From Dehalococcoidia bacterium (lineage in GTDB: Bacteria; Chloroflexota; Dehalococcoidia; SM23-28-2; DASRHH01), in assembly GCA_035650635.1 (NCBI GenBank), contig DASRHH010000074.1, positions 1 to 35,735 of the forward strand: a DNA stretch of 35,735 nt. The letters are read 5' to 3'. This document shows positions 33,892 through 35,735 of the stretch, one piece after another (the stretch's first letter is position 1; every line of letters begins with the position of its first letter). A program made the position numbers and the translations under genes. The notes beneath the pieces are model-generated. The model saw only the letters and a program-made list of their open reading frames with translations, was not told the origin of the DNA and searched no databases.

Positions 33892-33901
33892 TGCCGGTCA
33901 C

Positions 33902-34405
33902 TCAGGCGAGTGATTGGGCAACCTTGATCAGGTCGTCAACCGAGAGCCCCTGCCCAGCGAGCCGGACCGATAGTCGATCATCAAGCTCCCAGCCCAAAAA
34001 GACCCTCCCCTTTTGCCATTTGGCCGTCGGATTATCTTTGGGGTGAGTCTCAGCTAACGGCTGGTCGACCGTGAGGAACCCGTCAACCCAAGTGGCCTTC
34101 CACCCATTGATGTCCACTGGCCCGAAGCTGTCGGTTGGAGCGCCGCGGGTATCGAGTGGGGCAGTATGGCCTTGGGACACCGCCAAATGCCGGCCCGCCC
34201 CCGAGTAAATCATGTCAACGAAGGCTCCGACGCCACCATCGGAGGCCACGAACCAAGGCGGGGCTATGCGGGACACCTGACGAAGGGTCAGGCCGTCCGG
34301 AACAAAGCCCGGGACCAGTAGCCGAAAATCGACCGACGATTGTGCTTCTTCGCGAGTCGAGAAGACCTCTCGATTCGCCTTGAACGCCAACGGGCTAGTA
34401 GACAC
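33902..34405 (-). CDS. DUF4367-like domain protein (paralog of the anti-sigma extracytoplasmic domain)
   Basis: FRLLVPGFVPDGLTLRQVS ... LSVDDLIKVAQSLA parallels FTLRLPAYLPEDLQLKTAG ... LPVDQAIRVAESI in 34843..35667. No obvious signal peptide. Confidence 0.55.
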   Translation of the reverse strand: MSTSPLAFKANREVFSTREEAQSSVDFRLLVPGFVPDGLTLRQVSRIAPPWFVASDGGVGAFVDMIYSGAGRHLAVSQGHTAPLDTRGAPTDSFGPVDINGWKATWVDGFLTVDQPLAETHPKDNPTAKWQKGRVFLGWELDDRLSVRLAGQGLSVDDLIKVAQSLA

Positions 34406-34436
34406 GTATATAGTCTCCTTGTTTGGTTAGTTAGAG

Positions 34437-34817
34437 TTAGCAGCCGACTCCGAGGTAGGTTCCACAGGGATAGCAGGTCCCGCCTAGGCAAGAGCCGGCT
34501 ATATACCAATAGTCCAACCAGCAATCAAACCCGTCGCAACACCAACGAGAATAAACGTACCAGCATTGCCTGCCCTGCCAACCGGCGTTGCATGCCCCAC
34601 AAGTACACCACCTCTCGGAGGTGTTATAGACCCAGCCGCCGCACGTAAAACCGAGGGCAGAGTCTGTACCGCCCAGCAGGTGAAGCGCCACAGTGGCCGC
34701 GCTTAGGGCTGCCGAGCCAGCCAAAAAGTGGCGCCGACTCAGCTGCTGGCGAGCCACTGGCGCGCTTGGTATGACCTCAATCTGTTCCCGCAATGGTTTC
34801 TTGGTAAGCGAAATCAA
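34437..34817 (-). CDS. Tat-signal secreted mini-protein with a 12-Cys, Trp/Tyr/Gly-rich mature domain of about 73 aa
   Basis: Twin-arginine signal LSRRHFLAGSAALSAATVAL. Mature part: GFTCGGWVYNTSERWCTCGACNAGWQGRQCWYVYSRWCCDGFDCWLDYWYIAGSCLGGTCYPCGTYLGVGC. I place the start at TTG 34817, 7 nt after an AAGGAG SD. The track start at 34859 overlaps the upstream gene. Confidence 0.6.
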   Translation of the reverse strand: MISLTKKPLREQIEVIPSAPVARQQLSRRHFLAGSAALSAATVALHLLGGTDSALGFTCGGWVYNTSERWCTCGACNAGWQGRQCWYVYSRWCCDGFDCWLDYWYIAGSCLGGTCYPCGTYLGVGC

Positions 34818-34842
34818 AGTCAGACTCCTTGTCTCGATCCTC

Positions 34843-35667
34843 TTAGATGCTCTCGGCAACTCTTATGGCTTGATCCACTGGGAGCGAACTGGACAGCTCG
34901 AAAAACACGCTTTGATCTACCCACTGAAGGACGATGAAGTCTTGCGCGCCGCCCAGTCTCGAAAGGATCGCTGGATTCCCAGCGATCGAAATGGGCTCGC
35001 CGGGCACGTCGAATGCCGCATTCTGGTCCAGTACCTGAAATTCGCGAAGTGACAGGACGACGCTGTCTGGACTTTCCTTATTTACGTAGTCGAACTGCGC
35101 ACCACTCAGTCTGCGACTCGCCGGAAGGGGCCCTGCGGTTTTAAGTTGAAGGTCTTCCGGGAGGTACGCGGGCAATCTCAACGTGAAACCCACCTGTTGT
35201 TCAAGTTGTTTGATGTTGAGCGGAAGGTCAGTGGTCGTTAGCGTCCCTTCCGGAGCTTGCTGCGAAGACGACGTAATTCCGACGAAATGGGCCACGTCTC
35301 TAGCGGTTGCCCTGCCACTACTTGTCAGGACCGCGAGGCAAACCAGGATGACCGCCACTGCGAACATGCCGACGGCCATGTTCCTCGCTCTGAGTAACGG
35401 CGGCAGGCCGCCCCTGTCACTCGAGCGATGGGTCCTCCTCATCCGGAATCTCGAGCGAAGTCCGAGGCCGGGGCGTCCCGGGTTAGAGGCCGCATAGGAG
35501 CGGAGGTGGACCTCTAGCTCGTCCTTAAATGCCTCCGACGGCAGTGCCTTGTTGGCATGCAATTCATCGGCCGCTCTCAGAATCTCCTCGGAGCCGGCGG
35601 CCGACATTTGGCCAGATCGGAGTTGATCAAGCAAGCGGTCGAAGTCGGAATCGTAACTATGGCTCAT
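34843..35667 (-). CDS. Anti-sigma-factor-like single-pass membrane protein with an extracytoplasmic DUF4367-like domain
   Basis: ATGA overlap with the sigma-factor stop. Cytoplasmic N-terminal region of about 95 aa, TM MAVGMFAVAVILVCLAVL, then a DUF4367-like C-terminus. No zf-HC2 motif was seen. Confidence 0.55.
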   Translation of the reverse strand: MSHSYDSDFDRLLDQLRSGQMSAAGSEEILRAADELHANKALPSEAFKDELEVHLRSYAASNPGRPGLGLRSRFRMRRTHRSSDRGGLPPLLRARNMAVGMFAVAVILVCLAVLTSSGRATARDVAHFVGITSSSQQAPEGTLTTTDLPLNIKQLEQQVGFTLRLPAYLPEDLQLKTAGPLPASRRLSGAQFDYVNKESPDSVVLSLREFQVLDQNAAFDVPGEPISIAGNPAILSRLGGAQDFIVLQWVDQSVFFELSSSLPVDQAIRVAESI

Positions 35668-35735
35668 TGGAGAACGCTTCCCATTTTTCTTAGCGACCGC
35701 GCCAGTATCGTTCCGACATTCGACTCCGAGACTTT
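35664..35735 (-). CDS. C-terminal end (region 4.2) of an ECF-type sigma-70 factor; the rest is off the right edge
   Basis: Manual translation gives KVSESNVGTILARSLRKMGSVLQ-stop, the typical sigma region-4 HTH tail. Its stop overlaps the next gene's ATG. Confidence 0.6.
   Translation of the reverse strand, partial: KVSESNVGTILARSLRKMGSVLQ

Overview
GC-rich, gene-dense bacterial chromosomal window. Gene content, a Cheo-type SOS box and near-leaderless promoters suggest a Chloroflexota/Thermomicrobia-like or actinobacterial-like host, but this is inference only. No rRNA, CRISPR array or intact tRNA was seen. Modules from left to right: (1) 1-9145, a minus-strand amino-sugar/glycan cluster next to an OmpR/histidine-kinase pair. 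It holds two SDR epimerases, a NodB deacetylase, an MFS protein, a GT2 fused to a large polytopic domain, and a DegT aminotransferase. (2) 9540-11251, an ABC-2 transporter with a duplicated start region in its leader. (3) 11262-16151, a cst/BigR-like reactive-sulfur operon: MBL-rhodanese, MFS, DsrE, TusA and an ArsM-family methyltransferase, with a divergent ArsR-rhodanese regulator. The methyltransferase has an in-frame TGA at a conserved Cys position, followed by a SECIS-like hairpin. This is my top candidate: a selenocysteine-recoded methyltransferase inside a persulfide-trafficking operon. (4) 16273-19506, an amidase plus small GatC/AtzG-like subunit, a cyclase and a SnoaL-like protein. 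(5) 19.5-27.5 kb, a patchy accessory region: orphan ORFs, a C-terminally truncated MFS, a run of very small proteins (two zinc ribbons, two ORFs sharing a 33-nt 5' block, a 28-aa hydrophobic peptide), an excisionase-like HTH, a SARP regulator, DUF1003, an aldo/keto reductase, a possible integrase remnant and a tRNA-Gly 3' half. (6) 27.5-33.5 kb, an SOS mutagenesis island (dnaE2, a coupled 94-aa ORF, imuB-like, UdgX-type glycosylase). It has a perfect AGAAC-N4-GTTCT box in the divergent promoter. It is bracketed by about 83-nt direct repeats exactly 5900 nt apart, each abutting a tRNA fragment broken in the anticodon loop. (7) 33.6-35.7 kb, an ECF sigma / anti-sigma module that carries a Tat-signal, 12-Cys, Trp/Tyr-rich mini-protein. 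Start codons are predictions. Many long antisense ORFs in the track are GC-driven shadows.
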